64,000 bases of DNA, from the NCBI RefSeq assembly GCF_009914755.1, contig NC_060929.1; one strand, 5' to 3'. Below, piece after piece: positions 1 through 13,016 of this stretch. This DNA comes from the human T2T-CHM13v2.0 reference genome, Homo sapiens. Made by a program: the position numbers and the translations under genes. The notes below the pieces were generated by a model that ran no database searches, was not told the origin of the DNA, and saw only the letters and a program-made list of their open reading frames with translations. Positions within the stretch are counted from its first letter, which is position 1. Every line of letters begins with the position of its first letter.

Positions 1-252
1 CTTTGAGTACCCATATAACCATTCTGTTTTTCACTTTCAGCACAGTCTTCAGTGAATTACCTAGACTGTCCAACACTTTTATATAAAATAGACTTTATGT
101 TAGATTGTTTTGCCCACTGTAGGCTAATGTAAGTGTTCTGAGTATCTTTAAGGTAGGTTAGGCTAAGCTATGATGTTTGGTAGGTTAGGTGTATTCAATA
201 CATTTTCAACTTTTATCAGGATGTAACCCCATTATAAGGCAAGAAGCACCAC
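1..252 (-). mobile_element. Tigger-family MITE (MER47A-like), cut by window start
   Basis: ggtaggttaggctaagctatgatgtttggtaggttaggtgtatt...gtaaccccattataag matches the recalled MER47A terminus. Confidence 0.7.
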
Positions 253-744
253 TATTATACTTGTGGGATAAATAAAATTAGTATGTTTGTAAAAATTACA
301 ATGATTATACTTTTTGTATTTTTCTTATCCTTTCAAAAATCACTTTGAAATCTAAATGACTGAGATTATTGTGTCTAACTTCATATTATATTCCTATCAA
401 TAGCTATGAATTTCAAATATTTTTACCTGTCTGTATATCTGTTTCCCATCAATACAATTTTAATTTCATTGCAGTTTGCTCCTTTAATCATTTTAATGGA
501 AGCTCAAATGTTCTTTTCAATGTTAATTTTAATTTAAATTTGTTTAACACAAATACTGTACTACCTAATTTTTAAGGTTTGCATTTGTCAAAATTACGTT
601 GATTTTCTAAATTTTAAATTTTAGATCCCTTAGTTTTTGATGTGATAGCTATAGTAAAATTTATGTATGCTTCTAAAGTGAGTCTTTATTTAATAAATAG
701 ATTTATCATATACAATGTAAAATGTACTTGTTTAGTATTTTATT

Positions 745-1485
745 TTCTTTTTTTCCCCTCAACTTTTATTTTAGATTCGGTTGTATATGTGCAGATTTGT
801 TTCCTAGGTAAATTGTGTGATGCTGAGATTTGTGATATTAATTATCCTATCATCCAGATACTGAGAAGAGTATCCAATAGTTTTTCAACAGCTTCCCCCA
901 CTCTGGCCGAGTAGTCCCTCATTTCTTTTGCTGCCATTTTTGGGTCCATGAGTACCCAATGTTTAAGTCCCACTTATAATTAAAACATGCAGTATTTGGT
1001 TTTCTCTTCCTCCATTAATTAACTTAGAATCATGATCTTCAGCTGAATCCATGGTGCTGTAATAGATGTAATATCATTCCTGTTTATGGCTGCATAGTAT
1101 CTCACGGTGTATATGTACCACATTTTTATCCAGTCCACCACTGACAGGAACCAAGTTTGATTTTATGTCTCTGTTATTGTGAGTAGTGATACAATGAACG
1201 TGTTAGTGCATGTTTATTTTTGGTAGAATGATTTGTTCTCTTTTGGATATATGCCCAGTAATGGGATTGCTGGGTTGAATGGTAGTTTGTTTCATGTTCT
1301 TTGAGAAATCTCCAAACAGCTTTCCACAGTGGCTGAATTATTTACATTCAAACCAACAGTGTATATGCTTTCCCACTTCTCTGCAGTCTTGCTAGCATCT
1401 GTTGGGTTTTTTTTTTTTTGAATTTTTAATAATAGCCATTCTGACCTGTGTGAGATGATATCTCATTGTAATTCTGATTTGCATC
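745..1485 (-). mobile_element. L1PB-type LINE-1, 3' UTR and ORF2 C-terminus
   Basis: T-rich tail then caacttttattttagattc...gtgcagatttgtttcctaggtaaattgtgtgatgctgag (L1PB 3' end); continues through cccagtaatgggattgctggg to gatttgcat. Confidence 0.85.
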
Positions 1486-2395
1486 AAAACTACTGACTTA
1501 AAGTAAGGGGATGGAAAATGATCCACCATGCCAACAGAAAACAAACAAACAAAAAGAGCAGAAGTCATTGTTTATATATCAGATAAAACAGACTTTAAAC
1601 CAACAACAATCAGGAAAGACAAAGAGGGGCATTATATAATGATAAAGGGTTCAATTCAACAAGAACACTTAATTATCATAAATAAATATGCACCCAACAC
1701 TATAAAGCACCTAGATTCATAAAATAAGCTCTTCTTGACATACAAAAAGACTTAGACAGCTACACAATAATAGTGGTGAACTTCATTATTCTGTTGAAAA
1801 CATTAGACAAATTGTTGACGCAGAAAACTAACAAGGTAATTATGAAATTAAATTCAACATTTGACCAATTGAACCTAAAAGATATCTACACAATATTCCC
1901 CTCAACAAAAAACCACAGCATATTTATTCTTCTCATCCACACACACAACATATTCTATGATCCACCACATACTTGATCATAAAGAAATTCTCAATAATTT
2001 TTTTAAAGTAAATCAAACCAATCACACTATAGGACCACAATGCTATAAAAATAGAAATCGATACTAAGAAAATCTCTCAAAACTACACAAAAACATAAAT
2101 AAAACAAACTGCTCCTGAATAACTCTTAGGCGAACCAAAAAAAATAAGGCCAGAAATAAAAAAAAAAAAAAGAAATTGATGAAAATACAGACCAATTTAC
2201 CAAAATCTTTGTGTTGCAAATAAAGTAGTGTTGAGAGGAAAGTTTATAGTCCTTAATGCCTTCATCAAGAGGTTAGAAAGATCTCAAATTAGTAATCTAA
2301 CATCACATCTAGGGGAACTAGAAAGAAAAAAATACAATCCAAAAGTTAGCAGAAGAAAAGAATGAACCAAAATCAGAGAAGAACTGAATGAAATT
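1486..2395 (+). mobile_element. LINE-1 ORF2 endonuclease-domain fragment, inverted relative to host L1
   Basis: ORF 1528-1722 has ISDKTDFKPTTIRKDKEGHYIMIKGSIQQE...NKYAPN (APE-like EN); frameshifted; no poly(A) or 3' end. Confidence 0.9.
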
Positions 2396-4104
2396 TTGCT
2401 CATTTTTAAATTGGATTGTTTCTTGCTTGTTAAGTTGTGTAAATTCCTTATAGATTCTGGGTATTAGATGTTTCTCTGTTTACTCTGTTGATTATTTATT
2501 TTGGTGTACAGAAGCTCTTTAGTTTAATTAGATCTACTTGTCCTTTTCTGTTATTGCAATTGCTTTTGATAACTTCATCATAAGTTATTTCCCAAGGTTG
2601 ATGTCCAGAATGGTGATTCCTCGATTTTCTTCTAGAATTCTTATATTTTGAGATCTTACATTTAAATATTTAATTTATATTGAGTTAATTTTTGTATATG
2701 GTGAGAGTCCAGTTTCATTGTTCTGTATGTAGCTAGCCAGTTATCCCAGTGCCATGTATTAAATAGGGGGTCTTTCCCCATTACTTATTTTTGTCAACTT
2801 TGTCAAAGATCAGGTGGCTGTCATTGTATGGCTTTGTTTCTGTGTTCTCTAACTTGTTCCATTGGTCCATGTATCTGTTTTCCTTTTGTTTGTTTGCTTG
2901 TTTTAACCAGTACCATTCTGTTTTGGTTACTGTAGCCTTATAGTATAGTTTGAAGTTGGGTAATGTGATGCCTCCAGCTTCATACTTTTGTTTAACATTG
3001 CTTTGGCTACTTATTGATTTGTGTACATTGAACCAACCCTACATCTCAGGAATAAAGCCAACTTGATTGTGGTGAATTAACTTTTTGATAGGCTGTTGGA
3101 TTCAGTTTGCAAGTATTTTGTTGAAGATTTTTGCATCTATGTTCTTTAAGGATAATAGCCTTTAGTGTTCCTTTTCATTTGTGTCTGCAAACTTCAGTGG
3201 CAGACTGATGCTGGCTTTGTAGAATGAGTTAGAGAGAAATCCCTCCTCTTTGATGTTTTAGAAAAGTTTCAGTAGAATTGGTACCAGCTCTTCTTTGTAC
3301 ATCTGGTAGAATTTGTCTGTGAATCCATCTGGTCTGGGACTTTTTTTGGCTAATAGGTATTTATATTATGGATTCAATTTCAGTACTCAATATTGGCCTA
3401 TTCAGAGTTTCAATTTCTTCTTGATTCAATCTTGGGAGATTGTGTGTTTCCAGAAATTCATTTCCTCTAGATTTTATAGTTTGTGTGTATCGAGTCATTC
3501 ATAATAGTCTTAAAGGATCTTTTGTATTTCTGTGCGATTGGTTGCAGTGTCATCATTGTTATATCTGATCATGCTTATTTGGATTTTCTCTTTTTTAATC
3601 TGTTAATTTAGCTGGTGGTCCATTGATCTTGATTATATTTTCAGTGAATCAACTTTTGGTTTCATTGATTCTTTGTATGGATTTTGGGGTCTCAATTCCA
3701 TTCACTTCCGCTCCCAATATAGTTATTTATTTTCTTCTGCTAGCTGTGGGGTTAGTTTGTTCTTGTTTATCTAGTTCCTCTAGGTGTGATATTACATTGT
3801 TAGTTTGAGATCTCTCTAACTTTTTAAGGTGGGTATTTTTAGCACTATAAGCTTTCCTGTTAACACTGCCTTTACTGTATCCCAGAGAATCTAGTATGCC
3901 GTGTCTCTGTTTTTACTTTTTTAAAGATTTGAAAAATTTCTTTCTGAAGGCCATTGTTTCTCAAAAGTCATCAATGGGTAAGTTGTTTAATTTTCATGAA
4001 ATTGTGTGGTTTTGAGAAATCTTTCTGGTATTTATTTTTCTTTTTATTCCACTGTGGTCCAAGGGTATGATTGGTATGATTTTGATTTTTTAAACATTTA
4101 TTGA
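2396..4104 (-). mobile_element. L1PB-type LINE-1 ORF2 (antisense), internal deletion near 3010
   Basis: Antisense ORF2 hallmarks gtagccttatagtatagtttgaag, ggtaccagctcttctttgtacatctggtagaattt. Confidence 0.88.
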
Positions 4105-4432
<328 letters not shown>

Positions 4433-6260
4433 TACCTTAGAAGTTTATTTGTGGTGATTTACAAACTTGTCCTGTATCTCTTTGAGCTTCCCTACAATCC
4501 ATGCTTTGGATTTTTTATCTGCCATTTCTGAGTTTCCATTTTGGCTGGGGACTATTGCTAGAGAGCTACTGTGATCCTTCGGTGATGTCACTATATTCAA
4601 GTTTTTCATGGTGCCAGAATTCTTGCACTGGTTCCTTTCTAATTAGGTAACACTAGGATTTGTAATTGATCTAATTATTTTTTGAGGTAGAATTTTTTCA
4701 TTTCCTTTCTTTCCCTATAATATTTTTGTATTTTTTTCCCTTTCTCTTCCCCCTCCCACTGGGGATGTGTGTTTGACTGTAGAGAATGCTGGGTAGGGTC
4801 TTTTGGCTTTGCTTCTATAGCCCTATGCACTTCTGTCAGCAGATTTTATATTGAGGTGTGCAGTTCAAGTTACAAGCTGGTAGATGTATCTTACAGGTAA
4901 GAGCCAGCTGTAGCCAATGCATCTCAGTATATACTTGATCTTTGTTTACTGGAGGAAGCTCTCTGTTGCCTCAGGCAATGGGCTGCTGACTCATGCAGTG
5001 CACAGTGTTCTGATCTCCCCACTCAGCCCCAGGGAGGCAGGGGCCACAATGCTCAGGGCTGGACTGGGCAAGTCTGCCTACAGGTCCCTTAATGGCAGGC
5101 ACAAGCACCAGCACCATGACAGCATCCAGTGGGTAGCCATCGAGCACACAAAGGTGTACCTAGCTATGGAGGTAGGAGACCTCATTGGCCCCAAGTTATC
5201 TGCATGGGAATGACAGGCAGCCTAAACTGCTAATCCAGTAGAGTGGATGCTCCAGATGACTGGAGATCTGCCTGGGTATGCAGCAGAAACAGCCCCCCTG
5301 CACCAAGTTCTTTGCATAGGATGATGGGCCTTCTCAGGCTGACAAATCAAGTGAGAGGGTGCCCTGAATGACTGGAGACCTCCCTAGGCATGGAGCAGAG
5401 AGAGCCTGGCTACACCATGATCTATGTCCAGGAAGGGTGGGGCAGCTTGGGCTTCTGCTACAGGCAAGCAGATTCTCCAGCTGCCTGGATTACTGCCTGG
5501 GAATGGAACAGAGAGGGCCCTGCTGTACCTTGACTTCAGGGGAGCAAGGTAGGGCACCCAGTAATGACACACACAGACCAGTTCCAGATTGCCACACTGG
5601 CCCTGGGTGCAAGTCTCATCATCCAGGAGAAACTGTAGCTATAGCAGCTCTCCTCTTGCCCCAGGATTGTGATGGGAAAGAGCACAATTCCAGCATCTAC
5701 TGCTGAGGCACCTTCCACAGTTGGAGCTGTGGAAGTCTCTAACCTACTCCAGAGCAAGCACTCCAATATCTGGCCCAAGACTAAAGTACTTGTGTGGCCA
5801 CACTGCCAGGTTGCCAAAGAATAGTTGATTTTGTATGTGCCTGGATTAAAAATGGCATTCTGATCTTGGTCTCAGGTCTGAAAAAATGACTTCAGCTTTT
5901 CCAGGTGTCTTTCAATCTCAGAATATTCAAGACTCTCCCCAAGATAGCTCTGGGACTTGGGAGAAACAAAGTGCTGTCCCTCGACGTGGGTTGCTCAGAT
6001 CTCCAGTGGAAAGGTAAGTCATAGAGGGGGGTTCTCTGCCTCTCTCATACACTGGGGCTTCACTGTTTTATTGGCTGGACACCACTATGGGGCTGTTTGC
6101 TGGCTATGTTTCTCCCTTGGACCTGGGACATCCTTCATAGTTTCAGTGGATTCTCATTTTCCTTCTTGAATTAATGCCGAAAGAGTTTATCTTTACGCAC
6201 TATCTTGCTATTTCCAAATGGTTGATGCAGACTAAAGGCATCTAATCTGCCATCTTGGAG
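4433..6260 (-). mobile_element. L1PB(a)-type ORF1 N-terminus and GC-richer 5' UTR
   Basis: Antisense ORF1 start (ttcatggtgccagaattcttgcactggttcc), repeated gactggaga...ctggg monomers, ends tctaatctgccatcttgg as typical of L1 5' termini. Confidence 0.75.
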
Positions 6261-6308
6261 AAAAATTACATTTGATTCTCCACATTTCTTGTTTCCTGAA
6301 TATTTTTC

Positions 6309-6331
6309 ATATACATATATGTATGTGTGTG

Positions 6332-6362
<31 letters not shown>

Positions 6363-6370
6363 TGTATATG
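6309..6370. repeat. (TA)n/(TG)n compound microsatellite
   Basis: Direct reading. Confidence 0.9.
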
Positions 6371-8060
6371 TTTCATGTTACTAGAGTTCATTTTTTTCTT
6401 TGCAACTTAAGAAGTATAAAGCCTGTTTTCTAGTAAAAGGGTGGATATACATGTACAACAATTATAATTATTTTTAAACTTTACATGTCCAGGAAAAAAT
6501 TATTAATTGACATTCTTAAATGAAACAGGAAAACATATTCCGTACTCTTCTTATCTCTCTTTCTTCTCCAGCCTCACCCACCCAAAATATTTTCTTTTTT
6601 TTTTTTTTGGCATAGTCTTGGTCTTACCTTTTAGGCTATGAATGTTAATTCAATTTTTATCCTTATAAAAATTATTCTGCTTGAAAATATAACATTGTAA
6701 ATTATTTAAATTGGCTCTACCCTAAATTTATTTTTTCTGTATTATTTCACCATTTATATTTTTATTTTTGAGATACAGCTATTTGTTGACTGGCTTAACT
6801 TTTTAAATTAGCTTTTTAGGAATCACAACTTTTCCTTGAATCACAGCAATTCAAATTTTTGCTTCCATTTTCTGCAGTCAGGAATAATAACTTGCATCAG
6901 TATAAAATTAACTGATGACAATCTTTACTTCCTCAAAAATCTGCAGATTCTGTTCCTTTGGCCTCTGTATCTAACACTTCTAAGGAAAAGGCTGAGGGAA
7001 GCCTTGCCTTTATGTTTTGCTTTGTAGGTTACCAGATTTTTGTGAAATTATCTTTTGAATTTGTATAAGTTTTTTTAAACTTTAAGTTCAATAACGTTAC
7101 CAAGTAAAATCGATCTATCTATCATCTATCCAACGATCATTTTCATTTAAATATTTTCTCTTTACTTTTTGCTTTTTTCAGAACAAATTGAGTACTTTTT
7201 GGCTCATTAAATTTAGAAAAGGTTACTTAAAATTTGGATTTATTGTTATTTCTCTTGGTTAGGAACACCAATAATCTCTATGTTGGATTTCCATCGGTTA
7301 TATTGCAAAATTATAATGTTGCTTTTATGTCATTAATTATATGTGTTTTTCTCTAAATTTTCTGAGATTTTTCTTAAATAGGTTCTAAATGTCTGTGAAT
7401 TTTTTTGATGTTTTAATTCTGCCCCTGTTGTTCCTGATCATATTTGCAAATTGTACATTAGCATTCCCATCTTAATTTTTTTCATAAATTCTATTTTCAT
7501 CACATTCTATTACTTTATCATTCTTTGTTTTAAAGAGTACTTTTTTTTAGAATTCCTGAGAGAAGGTGTAGTGTTAGCCAGCAATTTTATTTCACGTCTG
7601 TTGTAATGCATCCAACATGCTATTCATCTCTATGCTGTCTGACATTTTCCTTTTCCCCTCTTTCTCTGCTGCACTTGCAAAGGAACTATGTATGATTTAT
7701 TTTGTTTCTGTTTTTCTATCAGTTTGTTCATCTTTGAAGAGATGCAGCTCTGTCTGTGTCTACCTTTTACAAAAATGTGACTGGAATTGCTTTTATTCTC
7801 CCTATTTTTGTGAACAATTTTTGATATTTCTCATAGAAAGTATAAGTGGGTAATCTCAGGGTTGATATTTTACATTTTGTATTAAACACTTGGATTGTTT
7901 TGAGTTTGGGGGAGAAAAGGAAATTGGGTTGAGAAGAAAACCAGCACACTTGAAAACTGCATTCTAAAATAATCATCTCTATCTTTATCTCAATTTTATG
8001 AAAATCTCTTACGGTTATGCCTGCAAGTTGTGAGAACCTTTAGCAGACTTAACCTTTTTC

Positions 8061-10783
8061 TTTTTTTTTTAAATTATACTTTAAGTTCTGAGATATATGT
8101 GCAGAACGTGCAGGTTTGTTACATAGGTATACACGTGCCATGGTGGTTTCTTGCCCCCATCAACCCATCATCTACATTAGGTATTTCTCCTAATGCTATC
8201 CCTCCCCTAACAGCCCACCCCTAAATAGGCCCCAGTGTGTGATGTTCTCCTCCCTGTGTCCATGTGTTCTCATGTTCAACTCCCACTTATAAGTGAGAAA
8301 ATGTGGTGTTTGGTTTTCTGTTCCTGTGTCAGTTTGCTAAAAATTATGGTTTCCAGCTTCACCCATCTCCCTGGAAAGGACATGAACTCATCTTTTTTTA
8401 TGGCTACGTAGTATTCCATGGTGTATATATGCCACATTTTCTTTATCCAATCTATCATTGATGGGCATTTGTGTTGGCTCCAAGTCTTTGCTATTGTGAA
8501 CACTGCTGCAATAAGCATACGTGTGCATGTTCTTTTATAGTAGAATAATTTATAATATTTTGGGTATATACCCAGTAATGGGATTGCTGGGTCGAGTGGT
8601 ATTTCTGGTTCTAGATCCTTGAGGAATCACTACATTATCTTCCACAATGGTTGAGCTAATTTACACTCCCATCAACAGTGTAAAAGCATTCCTATTTATC
8701 CACATCCTCTCCAGCATCTGTTGTTTCCTGACTTTTTAATGATCACCATTCTAATTGGCGTGAGATGGTATCTCACTGTGGTTTTGATTTGCATTAGTCT
8801 AATGACCAGTGATGATGAGCTTTTTTATATACATTTGTTGGCCGCACAAATGTCTTCTTTTGAGAAGTGTCTGTTCATATCCTTTGCCTACTTTTTGATG
8901 ATTATTTTTTCTTGCAAATTTGTTTAAGTTCTTTGTAGATTCTGGATATTAGCCCATTGTCAGATGGATACCTTACAAAAATTTTCTCCCATTCTGTAGG
9001 TTGCCTGTTCACCCTGGTGATAGTTTCTTTTGCTGTGCAGGAGCTCTTTAGTTTAGTTAGATCTTATTTGTCAATTTTGGCTTTTGTTGCCATTGCTTTT
9101 GGTGTTTTAGACAAATGAATAAATTCCTAGACACATACACCCTCCCAAGACAAAACCAGGAAAAATTCATAGACCAATAACAAGTTCTGAAATTGAGGCA
9201 GTAATAAATAGCCTACCAACCAAAAAAAGCCCAGGACCAGAAAGATTCACAACCGAATTCTATTGGAGGTAGAAACAGGAGCTGCTACCATTCCGTCTGA
9301 AACTATTCCAAAGTATAGAAAAAGATATTCTCCTCCCTAACTCATTTCATGAGTCCAGCATCATCCTGATACCAAAATCTGGCAGAGGCACAACCAGACA
9401 AGAAAATTTCAGGCCAATATCCCTGATGAACATCCATGCAAAAATCCCCAATAAAATACTGGCAAACTGAATCCAGCAGCACATCAAAATTCTTATTCAC
9501 TGTGATCAAGTTGCCTTCATCCCCGGGATGCAAAGCTCGTTCAATATACTAAAATCAGTAAACATAATCAATCGCATAAACAAAACCAATGACAAAAAAC
9601 ACTTGATTATTTCAATAGATGCAGAAAAGGCCTTCGATAAAATTCAACACCCCTTCATGCTAAAAACTCTCAATAAACTAGGTATTGATGGAATATATCT
9701 CAAAATAATAAGAGCTATTTATGACAAACCCACAGCCAATATCATACTGAATGGGCAAAAGCTGGAATCATTCCCTTTGAAAACCGGCACAAGACAAGGA
9801 TGCCCTCTCTCACCATTCCTATTCAACATAGTATTGGAAGTTCTGGCCAAGGAAATCAGGCAAGAGAAAGAAATAAAGGGTATTCAAATAGGAAGAGAGG
9901 AAGTCAAATCGTCTCTGGTGATGACATGATTATACATTTAGAAAACCCCATCGTCTCAGCCCCAAATCTCCTTAAGCTGATAAGCAACTTCAGCAAAGTC
10001 TTAGGATACAAAATCAATGTGCAAAAATCACAAGTATTCTTATACACCGATAACAGAGAGCGAAATCATGAGTGAACTTTGATTCACAATTGCTACAAAG
10101 AGAATAAAATACATTGGAGTCCAACTTACAAGGGATGTGGAGGACCTCTTCAAGGAGAGCTCCAAACCACTGCTCAAGTAAACAAGAGAGGACACAAACA
10201 AATGGAAAAACATTCCATGCTCATGGATAGGAAGAATCAATATCATGAAAATGGCCATACTGCCCAAAATAATTTATAGATTCAATGCTATCCCCATCAA
10301 GCTACCATGGACTTTCTTCACAGAATTAGAGAAAAGTACTTTAAATTTCATATGGAACCAAAAAAGAGCCCATATAGCCAAGATAATCCTAAGCAAAAAG
10401 AACAAAGCTGGAGGCATCATGCTACCTGACTTCAAACTATACTACAAGGCTACAGTGACCCAAACAGCATGGTACTGGTACCAAAACATGTATATAGACC
10501 TCTGGAACAGAACAGAGGTCTCAGAAATAACACCACACATCTACAACCATCTGATCTTTGACAAACCTGATAAAAACAAGCAATGGCCAAAGGATTCCCT
10601 ATTTAATAAATGGTGTTGGCAAAACTGGCTAACCATATGCAGAAAACTGAAACTGGACCACTTCCTTACTCTTTATATGAAAATTAACTCAAGATGGATT
10701 AAAGGCTTAAATGTAAGATGTAAAACCATAAAAACCCTAGAAGAAACCCTAGGCAATACCATTTAGGACGTGGCCAGGGGCAA
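8061..10783 (-). mobile_element. L1PA7-like 5'-truncated LINE-1 with 5' inversion (8061-9113 minus; 9114-10789 plus)
   Basis: L1PA7-type 3' end; 16-bp TSD agacttaacctttttc at 8045-8060 and 10784-10799. Confidence 0.95.
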
Positions 10784-10789
10784 AGACTT
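9114..10789 (+). pseudogene. Disrupted L1 ORF2 reverse transcriptase region
   Basis: ORF pieces [56 protein letters not shown]; split by frameshifts and stops. Confidence 0.93.
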
Positions 10790-10953
10790 AACCTTTTTCA
10801 GCACTTTTTCTATGGTATTTATTTTCTCACAAGGCCTGTGTCCTTGGTAAGAAGTTCTTTTCTTGATGCTATCTTATAAATATCATTTTACAGATTATAT
10901 GAACATCAATGGGACTCTAACCTTTCTTTTTGTTCCTTAAAAGCAAACAAAGA

Positions 10954-11166
10954 AAGCTAGTTAACGTATCTATCACCTCAAGTATTATAATTTATTTTTC
11001 CTGTCTAATTGAAACATTCTACTCTTTGAGAAGATCTCATTTGCCCCAGCCCTTAGCCTCCTTACTCAGTCATTCCGCATTGCATACATATATTATAGCA
11101 TCACTTTGTACCCCATAAATATAGGCAATTATAATTTGTCAGTATTTAAGAAAAATAAAAAGAAAA
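10954..11166 (+). mobile_element. Short L1MA-type 3' end with inverted 5' part
   Basis: 10954-11060 is antisense L1MA 3' UTR; 11061-11166 is sense terminal catcactttgtaccccataaatat...aataaaa. Confidence 0.65.
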
Positions 11167-11722
11167 TTTATAATAGTACTATCATTTAAAAAGCAAATAA
11201 AACAAGTGGAATAAATTTCAAGACACTCAGACAACTCAGTATCCATCATGACCTATTTATTTGCCCATTTATTCTGTTTTTAATAGAATATCACACAATG
11301 TTCAGACCAACATTGTCAAAATGTTTTTATCCTTTTGTTTAAGAGATATACTATCTTCCTACATAGGTACATTATGATATGAACCAACAATATTAAAAGA
11401 AAGCAGAGTAGAAAGCTATTTTTTCTAAATAGGCACATCCTTCAAAGGAGAAGTGTTCTTACCCTTTCATAATACTACCTGATTTTAAAATAATTGAACA
11501 TGGAGTCTCAATCATACATAGATCTTTTATGTTATGTGAAGTAATTACAATACTCAGGTGCCTTTTTGTTATATAGTACTTATAAAAGAGCAAATTTAAA
11601 TATTATTTTCTTTTCTAAAAAGATTATTCCAAGAAATTGGAAATCATGTAATCATAATAATTTTCTAAATAAAATAGAATTTATCTTTCTCAAAACAAAA
11701 GGATCTTTCACAATCACATTTG

Positions 11723-11934
11723 TTTATTTATTTTTTAATTATTATTTTTTATTTTTTATTTTATTTTATTATTATTATACTTTAAGTTTTAGGGTACATG
11801 TGCACAATGTGCAGGTTAGTTACATATGTATACATGTGCCATGCTGGTGTGCTGCACCCATTAACTTGTCATTTAGCATTAGGTATATCTTCTAATGCTA
11901 TCCCTCCCCCCTCCCCTCTCCCCCCACCCCACAA
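11723..11934 (-). mobile_element. Young L1PA2/PA3-like 3' end fragment
   Basis: T/TTA-rich tail, ttatactttaagttttagggtacatgtgcacaatgtgcaggttagttacatatg, C-rich tract. Confidence 0.9.
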
Positions 11935-12513
11935 GAAAAGAAATAACTATTGCCAGTATGGAGAATAAAAGGATTTTTGGATTTTACATGTGACTGGATG
12001 AAATATATTTTGGAACAGGGATGGGGCAAGCAATGAAAAATTAACAAAGTACAATTTTTGATAGAGAAGTGTGCTCTCTATCTTTGATCTATCTTCTTTG
12101 ATTAAAAAGTAAGTGGAGTAAGAAAATCTCTGAAGAGATCACATTTTCTTTAAGTTTTTGTTAGTAAATGTTTGGGTTTGCATTTTCGGTGCATGAGTAT
12201 CTGAGCGATGGAGTCTTTATTATGCAGACTGCAGATCATTAAATTATCACAGTTGAGGGAATTAAAAATGTGCACATCAAACTTAATAGTCTTAAGTTTC
12301 ATAGCCATTTGCATTAAGCCTTACAAAGGAAAATGAAACTTGAGTGCTGAGCTGAACTATAAAAGGAGATATTTAAAATCAACCAATCACAATGTAATTG
12401 TTTATTTTTGCTAATGGCCATTATAAGAAAATCCACAAACACAGACATTTTGTGAAAATAAAGTAAGACAAAGTTTATTTTCATGGACAAAAACAGTAGG
12501 ATTTTTCTCTGGA

Positions 12514-13016
12514 ATGGTGAGCAGAAAAAATGATTTTTCAAAGATATTCAAATCCTGATCCCCAGAATCTGTGAATATGTTACCCCAGATAGCAAAAAGG
12601 ACTTTGCATATTTGATTAAGTTAAGGACTTTGAGATGAGGACATCATGTTGCATTTCCCAAGTAATAACAATCTAAACTTGTGGGTCCTTGAAATTGAAG
12701 AAACTTCCCTGGATATGATAAGAAGGAGACGAGGCCATGAAAAAAATCATCTGAGATGCAAACATGCTGGCTTTGAAGATGGAGGAAAATGGCTAAGAGT
12801 CAATGAATGTGGGTGGCCTCTAGAAGGTTGAAAAGGCAAGGAGATTGATTCTCCCTACAACCTCAGGAAAGAATGCAGCTGTGCAGATGCCTTGATTGGA
12901 CTCCTATGAGACCTGTGACAGACTTGTGACCTAGAAAACTGTAAGGTAAAAGTTTATGACATTATGAGCTAGTAAATGTGTTGTTTTTTTTACAGTTGTG
13001 ATAGAAAACTAATACA
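12514..13016 (+). mobile_element. MaLR solo LTR (MLT1D/E-like)
   Basis: atccccagaatctgtgaatatgttacc...gctggctttgaagatggagg...aaactaataca; degenerate TSD ctgga/ctggg. Confidence 0.8.

Noticed and set aside
5200-5560. Dispersed ~110-bp repeats in GC-richer sequence (promoter or array?)
   Set aside because: Consistent with monomer repeats of the L1PB 5' UTR; CpG-depleted.
9528-10766. Reverse-transcriptase ORFs as a novel RT system
   Set aside because: Ordinary L1 ORF2 fragments, frameshifted, within a truncated L1PA7.
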